DNA of 64,000 nucleotides. It comes from an uncultured Chloroflexia bacterium (GTDB taxonomy: Bacteria > Chloroflexota > Limnocylindria > Limnocylindrales > CSP1-4). The position numbers and the translations under genes were made by a program. Below are positions 1 to 7,934 of this stretch, one piece after another. The stretch is from assembly GCA_963762445.1 (NCBI GenBank), contig CAVXLA010000004.1, positions 358,794-422,793 of the forward strand, given 5' to 3'. Position 1 is the first letter of the stretch, and every line of letters starts with the position of its first letter. The notes under the pieces are model-generated. The model did no database searches. It was not told the DNA's origin and was given only the letters and a program-made list of their open reading frames with translations.

Positions 1-35
1 GCGGCTGCCGGCCCCGGCGGGCCATGATCCGGTCA

Positions 36-335
36 GCCCGAAGGGGCCGTGATGAACGGACCGCGGTGCCGCCGCAAGGCGGCCGGGCTCCTCGCAAGGG
101 GAGCCGGATCCTTCGCAAGGAGGATCGGCCCTTCCGCAAGGGAGGTGGCGCGGTCCGACGGTCGCACCGGTGCCGCAAGGTGCCGGGCCCGCTCGCAAGA
201 GCGGGAGGTGCTCCGCAAGGAGCGCCGCAGCCGCCCGCAAGGGTGGCGAGTCCCCCGCAAGGGGGGCGAGGCGACCGGGTCGGCGGTCCTTTCGGGCGCT
301 TTGCTGCCCGTCACCTCCCGGTGACTGAGCGCGGC
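36..335 (+). repeat. Head-to-tail array of at least nine GNRA (GCAA) tetraloop hairpins, each ~20 nt with a 6-8 bp stem of differing sequence, followed by a GTCACC/GGTGAC hairpin at 310-325. Candidate structured non-coding RNA or leader; the window starts inside it.
   Basis: GCAA loops at 74, 94, 115, 136, 175, 195, 215, 237 and 257, about 20-21 nt apart, with one degenerate unit near 146-166. Every loop is flanked by mutually complementary arms: gccgcc/ggcggc, gctcctc/ggggagc, gatccttc/ggaggatc, ccttcc/gggagg, ccggtgcc/ggtgccgg, cccgctc/gagcggg, ggtgctcc/ggagcgcc, gccgccc/gggtggc, tccccc/gggggg. G-U wobbles occur only where the pairing tolerates them. Third-position GC of the overlapping ORF is far below that of flanking genes, so it is not coding. 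The complementary strand would give UUGC loops, so the GNRA loops form only in a + strand transcript. Confidence 0.7.
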
Positions 336-369
336 ACCCCTCCGACGCGGATGTAGACTCGACCGCGAC

Positions 370-1311
370 GTGCCACCCGGCGCGCCCGTTCCCGACGTCG
401 AGGAGCCCGTGACCGACGCGCCCCCGCCCGAGCCCGCCGCGCCCCGCCCGCCGGCAGCGACCACCGCGCCGGCGCCGGCGCCATCGGGGCCCGCGATCCG
501 CCTCGCCGGCCTGCGCTTCGCCTTCCCCGTCGACGGCCGGACGGTCCCGGTCCTCGGCGGGATCGACCTCGAGGTCGGGCGCCGGTCCGTCATCGCCCTG
601 GTCGGGCCGAACGGCTGCGGCAAGAGCACGCTCCTCCGCGTGATCGCGGGGCTGCTGCCGGCCGCCGCCGGCGCCGTCGAGGTCGAGGGGCGCCCCGTCA
701 GCGGCCCCGACGCCCGCGTCGGCCTCGTCTTCCAGGAGCCGCGTCTCCTCCCCTGGCGGTCGGCGATCGCCAACGTGGCCTTCCCGCTGGAGGTGGCCGG
801 CCACGAGCGGGCCGCCCGCGAGGGCCGGGCCCGCGACCTCCTCGGCCTCGTCGGCCTGCGCGACTGGGCCGGGGCCCGTCCGGGCGAGCTGTCCGGCGGA
901 ATGCGGCAGCGCCTCGCGATCGCCCGCGCGCTCGCGCTCGAGCCGTCCGTCCTGCTGCTCGACGAGCCCTTCAGCGCCCTCGACGCCCTCACCCGTGAGC
1001 GCTTCAACGTGGAGCTGCTCCGCCTCTGGGAGCGCATCGGCAGCACGATCGTGCTCGTGACCCACAGCATCCCGGAGGCCGTCTTCCTCGCCGACCGGGT
1101 CGTCGTGCTCTCGCCGCGACCCGCCGTGGTCGCCGCCGACGTCGCCGTGGACCTGCCGCGGCCTCGCCGCCTCGCCGACCTGGACGCCGCCGTGGTGTCG
1201 CGGACCGCGGCCGAGATCCGGGCCCAGCTCGGCGGGGCCACCGACGATGCGTTCGCGGTGGCGACGGGCGAGGTCGGGCGCCACCCCGAGACCGACGCGG
1301 TGATCGCGTGA
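370..1311 (+). CDS. ABC transporter ATP-binding protein, NitT/TauT (nitrate/sulfonate/taurine/HMP) family.
   Basis: Walker A GPNGCGKST, ABC signature LSGGMRQR, Walker B LLLDEPFSALD. High third-position GC. The Pro/Ala-rich N-terminus suggests the true start may be a downstream GTG (about 409). Confidence 0.85.
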   Translation: MPPGAPVPDVEEPVTDAPPPEPAAPRPPAATTAPAPAPSGPAIRLAGLRFAFPVDGRTVPVLGGIDLEVGRRSVIALVGPNGCGKSTLLRVIAGLLPAAAGAVEVEGRPVSGPDARVGLVFQEPRLLPWRSAIANVAFPLEVAGHERAAREGRARDLLGLVGLRDWAGARPGELSGGMRQRLAIARALALEPSVLLLDEPFSALDALTRERFNVELLRLWERIGSTIVLVTHSIPEAVFLADRVVVLSPRPAVVAADVAVDLPRPRRLADLDAAVVSRTAAEIRAQLGGATDDAFAVATGEVGRHPETDAVIA

Positions 1312-2063
1312 GCGGGTTCCGGGTGCGGATCCTCCCCCCGCTCATCGCGTTCGGCGGGTTCCTGGCCACCTGGCAGGCGATCGTCTGGATCGGCGACTAC
1401 CCGGCCTTCATCCTGCCCGGCCCGCTGCTCGTCGCCGAGCGCTTCCTCGCCGGCTGGGCCGAGGGGACGTTCTGGCCGCATCTCGTGACGACCGTGGCCG
1501 AGATCGCGGTCGGGTTCACCGCGGGGGCCGCAGCCGCACTGCCGACCGGGTACGTCCTCGCCCGGTCACGGCTGGCGGACCGGGTCATGTCGCCCTACCT
1601 CGTGGCGGCGCAGGCGGTGCCCATCCTCGCCCTGGCCCCGCTCATCGCCCTCTGGTTCGGGACCGGCCTCTTGGCCCGCTCGATCATCGTCGCCCTCGTC
1701 GTCTTCTTCCCGGTCGCGATCAGCGTCATGGTCGCGATCCGGGGCATCGACCGGCGCCTCCTCGAGATGGCCCGCAGCTACCGGGTGACGCGCCGGCAGC
1801 GGATCGTCCTCGTGGAGATCCCGGCCGCCCTGCCCGGGATCGTCGGCGGCCTCCGAATCGGGATCACCCTCGCCGTCGTGGGCGCGATCGTCTCCGAGTG
1901 GACGGGGGGCGAGCAGGGCCTCGGGGTCCTGATCAACCTGGCCCGGGGCAGCCTCTTCGACATCCCCCTCCTCTTCGCGACGCTGACCGTGATCGCGCTC
2001 CTCGGGATCGCGCTCTACGGATCCGTCCTGCTCGTGGAGCGCCACGTCGCCGCCCGCGCCTGA
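1308..2063 (+). CDS. ABC transporter permease (binding-protein-dependent inner-membrane component, NitT/TauT family).
   Basis: GTGA start/stop overlap with the ATPase. Multi-TM hydrophobic protein carrying the EAA-like loop region (MARSYRVTRRQRI...). Confidence 0.85.
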   Translation: MSGFRVRILPPLIAFGGFLATWQAIVWIGDYPAFILPGPLLVAERFLAGWAEGTFWPHLVTTVAEIAVGFTAGAAAALPTGYVLARSRLADRVMSPYLVAAQAVPILALAPLIALWFGTGLLARSIIVALVVFFPVAISVMVAIRGIDRRLLEMARSYRVTRRQRIVLVEIPAALPGIVGGLRIGITLAVVGAIVSEWTGGEQGLGVLINLARGSLFDIPLLFATLTVIALLGIALYGSVLLVERHVAARA

Positions 2064-2347
2064 CATGCCGTCCGGCGAGTCGCCTGCCCGCCGCCGGTGC
2101 TACGATCGCGGCGCCTTCGGGGCAGGGTGCAATCCCCGACCGGTGGTAGCGCCCCGGCATGGGGCGAGCCCACGAGCGATGGTCGCCGCGCGGCGGCCGC
2201 GCAGACCCGAACGCGACCGGAACCCCGGTCGCGCCAGCGGGGCCGACGGTCAGAGTCCGGATGGAAGAAGGCGACGGGCGCGTGCCGAGCCGGCGCGCTC
2301 CCGTGGCGTGTCGCCCCGGGGCCGGACCGCGAGCACGGGAGCGACAC

Positions 2348-3430
2348 GTGACCACCTCGACCGCCAGCCGTCCCATCAACCGGCGTCTCAGCGGCCGGCT
2401 GCCGCTCCTGCTCGGCGCCTTCGCCGCGATCGTCGCCGCGTGCAGCGGCGGGGCGACTGCGGAGCCCACGACGACCGCCGTGCCGACGGCGGCCTCCCCC
2501 ACCCCGGCCGCCCCGGTCAAGCTGACGATCGGCCTCGGCTACATCCCGAGCGTCCAGTTCGCCCAGTTCTACCTCGCCGACCAGGCCGGCTACTACCGCG
2601 ACGCCGGCCTCGAGGTCACCTTCGAGAACAAGATCGACCCCGAGCTGATCACGCTGGTCGGGCAGGGCGCGGTGGACGTCGGGATCGCCGACGGGACGAG
2701 CGTGATCCCCGCCGTGAGCCAGGGGATCCCCATCCGCTACGTCTTCACGGTCTACGCCCGGTTCCCGAGCATCGTCTTCGCCAAGGCATCCTCGGGGATC
2801 ACGACGGCGGCCGATCTCGCGGGCAAGAAGATCGGCATCCTTGGCAGGTTCGGGTCCTCGTGGATCCAGCTCCAGGCGCTCCTCGCGGGCGTGGGCCTCA
2901 CGCCGAACGACGTCGAGATCGTGCCCTTCCCGGACTACGGGCAGATGGCGGCGCTGCAGCAGGGCGCCGTCGACGCGGCCACGGGCTTCGTGAACAACGA
3001 GCCGGTGCAGCTGGAGCTGGCCGGGACCCCGACCGTGGTGCTGGCCCTGCCCGCCACCGCCGAGCTCCCCGGCAACGGCCTGATCGTCGGCCGGGCGGCG
3101 CTTGACGGCCCCAAGGCCAACGCGATCCGCGCCTTCATCGCCGCGACCCGCACGGCGATGGACGAGATCACGGCCGACCCGCAGAAGGGCCTCGACGCGG
3201 CGATCGCCCGGGTGCCCGAGCTGGGAACCGCCCGCGCGGCACAGCTCGCGGTGCTGGAGGCCACGATCGCCACGTGGCAGAACGACTACACGGCGGTCCA
3301 CGGGACGGGAGCGGTCGATCCCGCAGCGTGGGAGCGCTCGATCGCGTTCATGAGCGGCCTGCCTGACTCGCCCGTGGCGAAGCCGGTCGCCGTCGCCGAC
3401 TGCATCGACGCCGCCTTCGCCGCGCCGTAG
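2348..3430 (+). CDS. NMT1/THI5-like ABC substrate-binding lipoprotein (ThiY/SsuA-like).
   Basis: Signal peptide with lipobox (LLLGAFAAIVAAC-SGG). NMT1-family similarity (KLTIGLGYIPSVQFAQFYLADQAGYY...). GGGAG ribosome-binding site 6 nt before the GTG at 2348. The six-frame ORF begins earlier, at 2159. Confidence 0.8.
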   Translation: MTTSTASRPINRRLSGRLPLLLGAFAAIVAACSGGATAEPTTTAVPTAASPTPAAPVKLTIGLGYIPSVQFAQFYLADQAGYYRDAGLEVTFENKIDPELITLVGQGAVDVGIADGTSVIPAVSQGIPIRYVFTVYARFPSIVFAKASSGITTAADLAGKKIGILGRFGSSWIQLQALLAGVGLTPNDVEIVPFPDYGQMAALQQGAVDAATGFVNNEPVQLELAGTPTVVLALPATAELPGNGLIVGRAALDGPKANAIRAFIAATRTAMDEITADPQKGLDAAIARVPELGTARAAQLAVLEATIATWQNDYTAVHGTGAVDPAAWERSIAFMSGLPDSPVAKPVAVADCIDAAFAAP

Positions 3431-3494
3431 CGCCAGGCCCCGCTCGCCCCGCCGCGGCGCTGCCTGCGCCGGTGGGCACCGCCGGGAATCGGGA

Positions 3495-3535
3495 CGGCCG
3501 GCGCGGCCCGCCGCGAGGGCGGGGGGCGCCGGCCG
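3495..3535. terminator. Long GC hairpin between convergent genes; candidate bidirectional terminator.
   Basis: cggccggcgc...gcgccggccg is a perfect 10-bp inverted repeat with an inner cccgcc/ggcggg pairing. It sits between the binding-protein stop (3430) and the yceI stop (3547). Confidence 0.4.
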
Positions 3536-3546
3536 TCGAACGGGGG

Positions 3547-4110
3547 TCAGGCGGCCAGGGCCAGCGCCGGCTCGACGACCGCGACCGCGGCCACCTCGTC
3601 GGCCGCGACCTCGAGGTCGACCGCGATCTCGTCGGAAACGAGCCAGCCCCCGGCCTCGAGCCCGACGTTCCAGGTCAGGCCCCAGTCCGAGCGCCTGATC
3701 CGGGCCCGGGCCTCGAACCCGGCGTGGCGGCGGCCGTCCATCCCGGCGACGATGCCGAGCATGTCGGCGTCGAGGACGACCGGCCGCGTCACGCCGCGGA
3801 TCGTGAGCTCGCCACTGATCGCCCAGCGGTCGCCCTTCGGCGCAATCGAGGTGCTGGCGAAGGTGAGCGTCGGATGGCTCTGGGCGTCGAGGAAGTCGGC
3901 CGAGCGGAGGTGGGTGTCGCGCGCCTCCATGCCGGTCTCGATGGTCGCGGCGGGGATCGTCACCTCGACCCGGGAGCGCGCCGGGTCGGCCTCGTCGAAG
4001 GCGATCGTGCCGGTGACGCCCTTGAAGATGCCCCGCACCTTCGTGATCATCATGTGCTTGCTGGTGAAGCTCACGACCGTGTGGGCCGTGTCGAGCTGCC
4101 ATGTGCTCAT
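3547..4110 (-). CDS. YceI-family (polyisoprenoid-binding) protein.
   Basis: YceI-like sequence (MSTWQLDTAHTVVSFTSKHMMITKVRGIFKG...). Start chosen at the internal ATG; the ORF upstream of it is a low-complexity extension. Confidence 0.75.
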   Translation of the reverse strand: MSTWQLDTAHTVVSFTSKHMMITKVRGIFKGVTGTIAFDEADPARSRVEVTIPAATIETGMEARDTHLRSADFLDAQSHPTLTFASTSIAPKGDRWAISGELTIRGVTRPVVLDADMLGIVAGMDGRRHAGFEARARIRRSDWGLTWNVGLEAGGWLVSDEIAVDLEVAADEVAAVAVVEPALALAA

Positions 4111-4170
4111 CGGGTTCTCCTGCTCCTGTACCTGTGCTTGTCGTCCGGTGCTCCTGGCGCCGGCCGCATG

Positions 4171-4217
4171 TAGTTGACGGCGCAACTATATCCCATCATC
4201 GTTGCGTGTGCAACTAC
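4171..4217. promoter_or_regulatory. Two palindromes sharing GCAACTA in the divergent yceI/marR intergenic region; candidate MarR operator.
   Basis: TAGTTGacggcgCAACTA at 4171-4188 and GTTGCgtgtGCAAC at 4201-4214, between the divergent starts (4110 and 4276). Confidence 0.5.
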
Positions 4218-4275
4218 CTGGTCGCAGAAGCGCTATGATCCGTGGCGCCGGAGCCACCACCGGAACAGGAGACCC

Positions 4276-4824
4276 ATGACCGAGACCACCGCGCGTCCCC
4301 GCGGCAGCGCCGACGTCGCCGGGGCGCCCAGCCCCGACGACCCGCGCCTCCGCGCGTGGGTCGCCTTCCTGCAGGCCCACGCCGTCGTGACGCGCCGCCT
4401 CGAGGCGGAGCTCCACGCCGAGCGGGACCTGTCGCTCGCCGAGTACGACGCCCTCGTCCAGCTCGCGGTCGCCGCCGACCGGCGGCTGCGGATGAGCGAG
4501 CTCGCCGACCGGGTCGTCCTGTCGCGGAGCGGCGTCTCGCGCCTCGTCGACCGCCTCGAGGGCGACGGGCTCGTGGCCCGCCGCGCCTGCCCGACAGACG
4601 CCCGCGGGGCGTGGGCGGAGCTGACGCCGGCGGGCCTGGAACGGCTCCGCCTGGCCGCGCCGGTGCACCTCCGCGGCGTCGAGGCCCACTTCCTCGCCCC
4701 GATCGCCGCGGAAGATCGCGACGGCCTCGTCCGCGCCCTGGAGGCGGTCGTGCGCGGCCTGCAGGCTCCCGACGAGGCTGTCCTCCCCGGCTGCGACACC
4801 ATCGCCGGCGCGCTCGAGCCCTGA
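4276..4824 (+). CDS. MarR-family transcriptional regulator.
   Basis: Winged helix-turn-helix MarR similarity (LSLAEYDALVQLAVAADRRLRMSELADRVVLSRSGVSRLVDRLEGDGLV). Start at the ATG of MTETTARPRG. Confidence 0.8.
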   Translation: MTETTARPRGSADVAGAPSPDDPRLRAWVAFLQAHAVVTRRLEAELHAERDLSLAEYDALVQLAVAADRRLRMSELADRVVLSRSGVSRLVDRLEGDGLVARRACPTDARGAWAELTPAGLERLRLAAPVHLRGVEAHFLAPIAAEDRDGLVRALEAVVRGLQAPDEAVLPGCDTIAGALEP

Positions 4825-4829
4825 GCGGC

Positions 4830-5582
4830 GTGACCGGCGTCCTGCGGACCGGGACGAGCGGGTTCGCCTACCCGGCCTGGGCCCCCGCCTTCTACCCCGT
4901 CGGAGCCCGCGGCGACGCGCTCCTGCCCGCGTACGCGGCGCGCCTCGCCGCTGTGGAGCTGAGCGGAACGTACTACCGCCACGTCACCGCCGGGCAGGCT
5001 GCCGCCTGGGCAGCCCGCGTGCCGGCGACCTTCCGCTTCACGGTGAAGCTGCTGCGCACGGGCTCGCTGCGGGCGTACGCGACGGATGCCGCGGCCACCC
5101 TGCCCTGGCTGGTGGCGCCCCTCGCCGCGTTCGGGAGCACGCTCGGTGCCGCCCTCTTCCGGATCCAGGCCGGCCAGGCCCGCGACGACGGACGCCTCGA
5201 CCGGCTGCTGGCCGCCTGGCCCGCCGGTGTCCCCCTTGCCCTCGAGGCGCAGGACCCGTCCTGGCAGGTCGACGAGACGCACGAGCGGCTGCGCGCCGCC
5301 GGGGCCGTCCTGGTCGTGACCGAGACCGACGAGGCGCCCGATCCGCCCCTGACCGTGACGGGCCCCTTCCTGTACCTCCGCCTCCGCCGCGCGCGCTACG
5401 GGACCGCCGACCTCGACGCCTGGGCGGCGCGGCTGGAGCCGTTCCTTGCGGACGGCCGAGACGCGTTCGTCTTCTTCCGGCACGATGAGCGCGGCGAGAC
5501 ACCGGGCTACGCCGCCGCCCTCGCGGCTCGGCTGTTGCGGCACGCCCCGGCAAGCAGGGCGGGAGACGGAGGCGTCGCATGA
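4830..5582 (+). CDS. DUF72 (UPF0759/YecE-like) family protein.
   Basis: GTSGFAYPAW...VELSGTYYR motifs are typical of DUF72. GTG start just after the marR stop; ATGA overlap with the next gene. Confidence 0.7.
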   Translation: MTGVLRTGTSGFAYPAWAPAFYPVGARGDALLPAYAARLAAVELSGTYYRHVTAGQAAAWAARVPATFRFTVKLLRTGSLRAYATDAAATLPWLVAPLAAFGSTLGAALFRIQAGQARDDGRLDRLLAAWPAGVPLALEAQDPSWQVDETHERLRAAGAVLVVTETDEAPDPPLTVTGPFLYLRLRRARYGTADLDAWAARLEPFLADGRDAFVFFRHDERGETPGYAAALAARLLRHAPASRAGDGGVA

Positions 5583-6598
5583 CAGAGCAGATCGGGATCG
5601 GGCTCGTCGGGGCCGGAGGGATCGCCCGGGCGCGCCACGTGCCGGGGTTCCGGGCGCTCCCCGGCGTGACGATCGTCGGCGTGGTCAGCCGCACGCCGGA
5701 ATCCACGGCCCGGACGGCGGCCGAGCTCGGCATCCCCCGGACGTACGCCGGCTGGGATGCGCTCGTCGTCGATCCCGACGTCGACGCGGTCGTCGTCGCC
5801 ACCTGGCCGTACCGCCACGCTCCCATCGCGATCGCGGCCATCGGCGCCGGCAAGCACGTCCTCGTGGAGGGCCGCATGGCGATGGACGCGCCGGAGGCGC
5901 GGGCCATGCTCGCCGCCGCAGAGGCGCACCCGGGCCAGGTCGCGATGCTCGTCCCGGCCCCCTTCGGCTTCGCCGACGCGACGATCCGGCGCCTGCTCGC
6001 CGCGGGCGCCATCGGCGAGCTGCGCACGGTGCGCGTCTCCTGGTCCGGAGGGGTCGCCCCGACCGGGCACGACCAGTGGCGTCGCGAGCGGCGTCATTCC
6101 GGCAACAACGTCATGACCCTGGGCATCCTCTACGAGAGCGTCGCTCGCTGGCTCGGCCACGCGACGGAGGTGTCGGCGACCCTCCGCAACTTCGCCCCGA
6201 CGCAGGCCGGGCCGGACGGGATCGAGATTCCAGCCGACGTGGCCGACGTGGCGGCCGTGATCGCCGGCTTCCCCGGCGGCGTCGTCGCCACCTTCGGGAT
6301 CGCGGGCTACGGGCGCCCGGACCCGGTCAACGGGGCGACGCTGATCGGGACCGGCGGCGCCCTGCGCGTGGACATGGCCGGCTCCCGCCTGGAGCTGGCG
6401 CGCGCCGGGGCGGCATTCGAGGAGCTGGCGATCCCGGACGAGGAGCGCTGGACCTGGCGGGTCGAGGCGAGCTTCGTCGGCGCCATCCGGGGCGTCGAGC
6501 CGGTGCGGCTGAACGACTTCGCGACGGGCGTCCGCTACATGGCGTTCACCGACGCCGTCCACGAAGCCGATGCGACCGGGCGGCGCGTCGCCCTGTGA
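5579..6598 (+). CDS. Gfo/Idh/MocA-family NAD(P)-dependent oxidoreductase.
   Basis: N-terminal Rossmann motif GIGLVGAGGIARARHVPGF and a MocA-like C-terminal domain. Confidence 0.8.
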   Translation: MTEQIGIGLVGAGGIARARHVPGFRALPGVTIVGVVSRTPESTARTAAELGIPRTYAGWDALVVDPDVDAVVVATWPYRHAPIAIAAIGAGKHVLVEGRMAMDAPEARAMLAAAEAHPGQVAMLVPAPFGFADATIRRLLAAGAIGELRTVRVSWSGGVAPTGHDQWRRERRHSGNNVMTLGILYESVARWLGHATEVSATLRNFAPTQAGPDGIEIPADVADVAAVIAGFPGGVVATFGIAGYGRPDPVNGATLIGTGGALRVDMAGSRLELARAGAAFEELAIPDEERWTWRVEASFVGAIRGVEPVRLNDFATGVRYMAFTDAVHEADATGRRVAL

Positions 6599-7911
6599 GC
6601 GGCCCGATCCGCCCCAGCTGCAGGGGCCGGGCCACGGGCTCGTGCCCGCGGGGGCGCATCGCGGCCGGCCTCGCGGCGCTGGCGGTCCTCGCCGCGGCCT
6701 GTGGCGGACCGCCTTCGGCCGGGCCGACACCCCCGGTGCTGACCGCGCCGCCGATCGGCGTCGCCAGCCCGAGCACGTCCCTGGGGAGCGCGCCGGCGTC
6801 GCCCCGGCCGTCGACGACGGCCCGCCCGACCGCGCCGGTCGCGGCCGTTGGCCTGGAGCTCGTGGCCGAGGGCCTCGCGAGCCCGCTCTTCGCCGGCAGC
6901 GCCGGCGACGGCAGCGGCCGGCTCTTCGTCGTCGAGCAGGGCGGGCGGGTCCGCGTCATCCGCGACGGGCGCCTTCTCGCGGAGCCGTTCCTCGACCTGA
7001 CCGACCGCGTCGCATCGGGCGGCGAGCGCGGCCTTCTCGGCCTCGCGTTCGCTCCGACCTTCGCCGTCGACGGCCGCCTTTACGTCGACTACACCGACCT
7101 CGCCGGCAACACCGTCGTCAGCGAGCTCCGCGCCGCGGACCCAGCCGCGGACCGGGTGGACGCGGGGTCCGAGCGCGTGTTGCTGCACATCGACCAGCCG
7201 TTCCCCAACCACAACGGCGGCGCCCTGGCGACCGGCCCCGACGGGCTGCTCTGGATCGCCACCGGCGACGGCGGCTCCGGGGGCGACCCGCTCGACAACG
7301 GCCAAAGCCTGGACACGCTCCTCGGCAAGCTGCTGCGGATCGACCCTCGGCCGGCGGGCGGCGCACCGTACGGGATCCCGGCGGACAACCCGTTCGCGGG
7401 GCGGCCCGGCGCCCGCGGCGAGATCTGGGCGTACGGGCTCCGCAACCCCTGGCGCTTCTCGTTCGATCGCGCCACCGGCGACCTCTGGATCGGCGACGTC
7501 GGCCAGGGCCGCTTCGAGGAGGTCGACCGCTGGCCGGCGGGGTCGCCGGCGGGGCCCGACTTCGGCTGGCGGCTCATGGAGGCGGGTGCCTGCTTCGAGC
7601 CGGCGCAGGGCTGCGACCGCGCCGGGCTCGTCGCGCCGGTCGCCGAGTACGGCCACGACCTGGGCTGCGCGATCACGGGCGGGTACGTCTACCGGGGGGC
7701 GGCCATCGCCGGCCTCGCCGGCACGTACCTCTACGCGGACTTCTGCAGCGGCACGATCTGGGGCCTGGACGCGGCCGAGGAGCACCCGGCGCCCCGGGTG
7801 CTCCTCGAGTCGGGCCTCGCCGTGGCCTCGTTCGGCGAAGACGAGGCGGGCGAGCTCTCTGTCGTCGACCTCGCCGGCGGCCGCGTCTTCCGGGTCGTCG
7901 CGGCGCCCTGA
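6595..7911 (+). CDS. PQQ-dependent sugar dehydrogenase (soluble glucose/sorbosone dehydrogenase family) lipoprotein.
   Basis: Lipoprotein signal (LAALAVLAAAC-GG). sGDH-family blocks (GLLGLAFAPTF...YVDYT, HNGG, GDGG, YGLRNPWRFSFD). GTGA overlap with the upstream stop. Confidence 0.75.
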   Translation: MSGPIRPSCRGRATGSCPRGRIAAGLAALAVLAAACGGPPSAGPTPPVLTAPPIGVASPSTSLGSAPASPRPSTTARPTAPVAAVGLELVAEGLASPLFAGSAGDGSGRLFVVEQGGRVRVIRDGRLLAEPFLDLTDRVASGGERGLLGLAFAPTFAVDGRLYVDYTDLAGNTVVSELRAADPAADRVDAGSERVLLHIDQPFPNHNGGALATGPDGLLWIATGDGGSGGDPLDNGQSLDTLLGKLLRIDPRPAGGAPYGIPADNPFAGRPGARGEIWAYGLRNPWRFSFDRATGDLWIGDVGQGRFEEVDRWPAGSPAGPDFGWRLMEAGACFEPAQGCDRAGLVAPVAEYGHDLGCAITGGYVYRGAAIAGLAGTYLYADFCSGTIWGLDAAEEHPAPRVLLESGLAVASFGEDEAGELSVVDLAGGRVFRVVAAP

Positions 7912-7934
7912 CGGCTCGCCGCGAAGGCCGGCGC

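Noticed and set aside
60-270. Possible CRISPR array
   Set aside because: The repeats differ in sequence and only the GCAA loop core is conserved. They abut with no unique spacers of uniform length, and no cas genes are present.
24-356. 110-aa ORF (and the overlapping 91-aa ORF at 49-324) whose translation has repeated RK/ARK motifs
   Set aside because: Its periodicity just mirrors the CGCAAGG hairpin repeat. Third-position GC is far below that of genuine genes in this genome, so it is a translation artefact of the structured repeat, not a repeat protein.
33-1481. 482-aa minus-strand ORF covering the hairpin array and the ABC ATPase
   Set aside because: It is antisense to a clearly real Walker A/B ATPase and has Arg/Ser/Pro-rich low-complexity composition, a typical high-GC phantom ORF.
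2064-2347. Cobalamin, SAM-I or TPP riboswitch in the long operon-internal spacer
   Set aside because: Only a short GGUGCAAUCC-like stretch matches. The cores of each family are absent: the B12 box (GCCACUG), CUGAGA, and the SAM-I GAGGGA/GGCAACC.
5446-6594. N-terminal 380 aa of the 821-aa ORF that ends as the PQQ sugar dehydrogenase
   Set aside because: It overlaps the MocA oxidoreductase in another frame and is Arg-rich junk. The dehydrogenase starts at the GTG at 6595, just before its lipoprotein signal.
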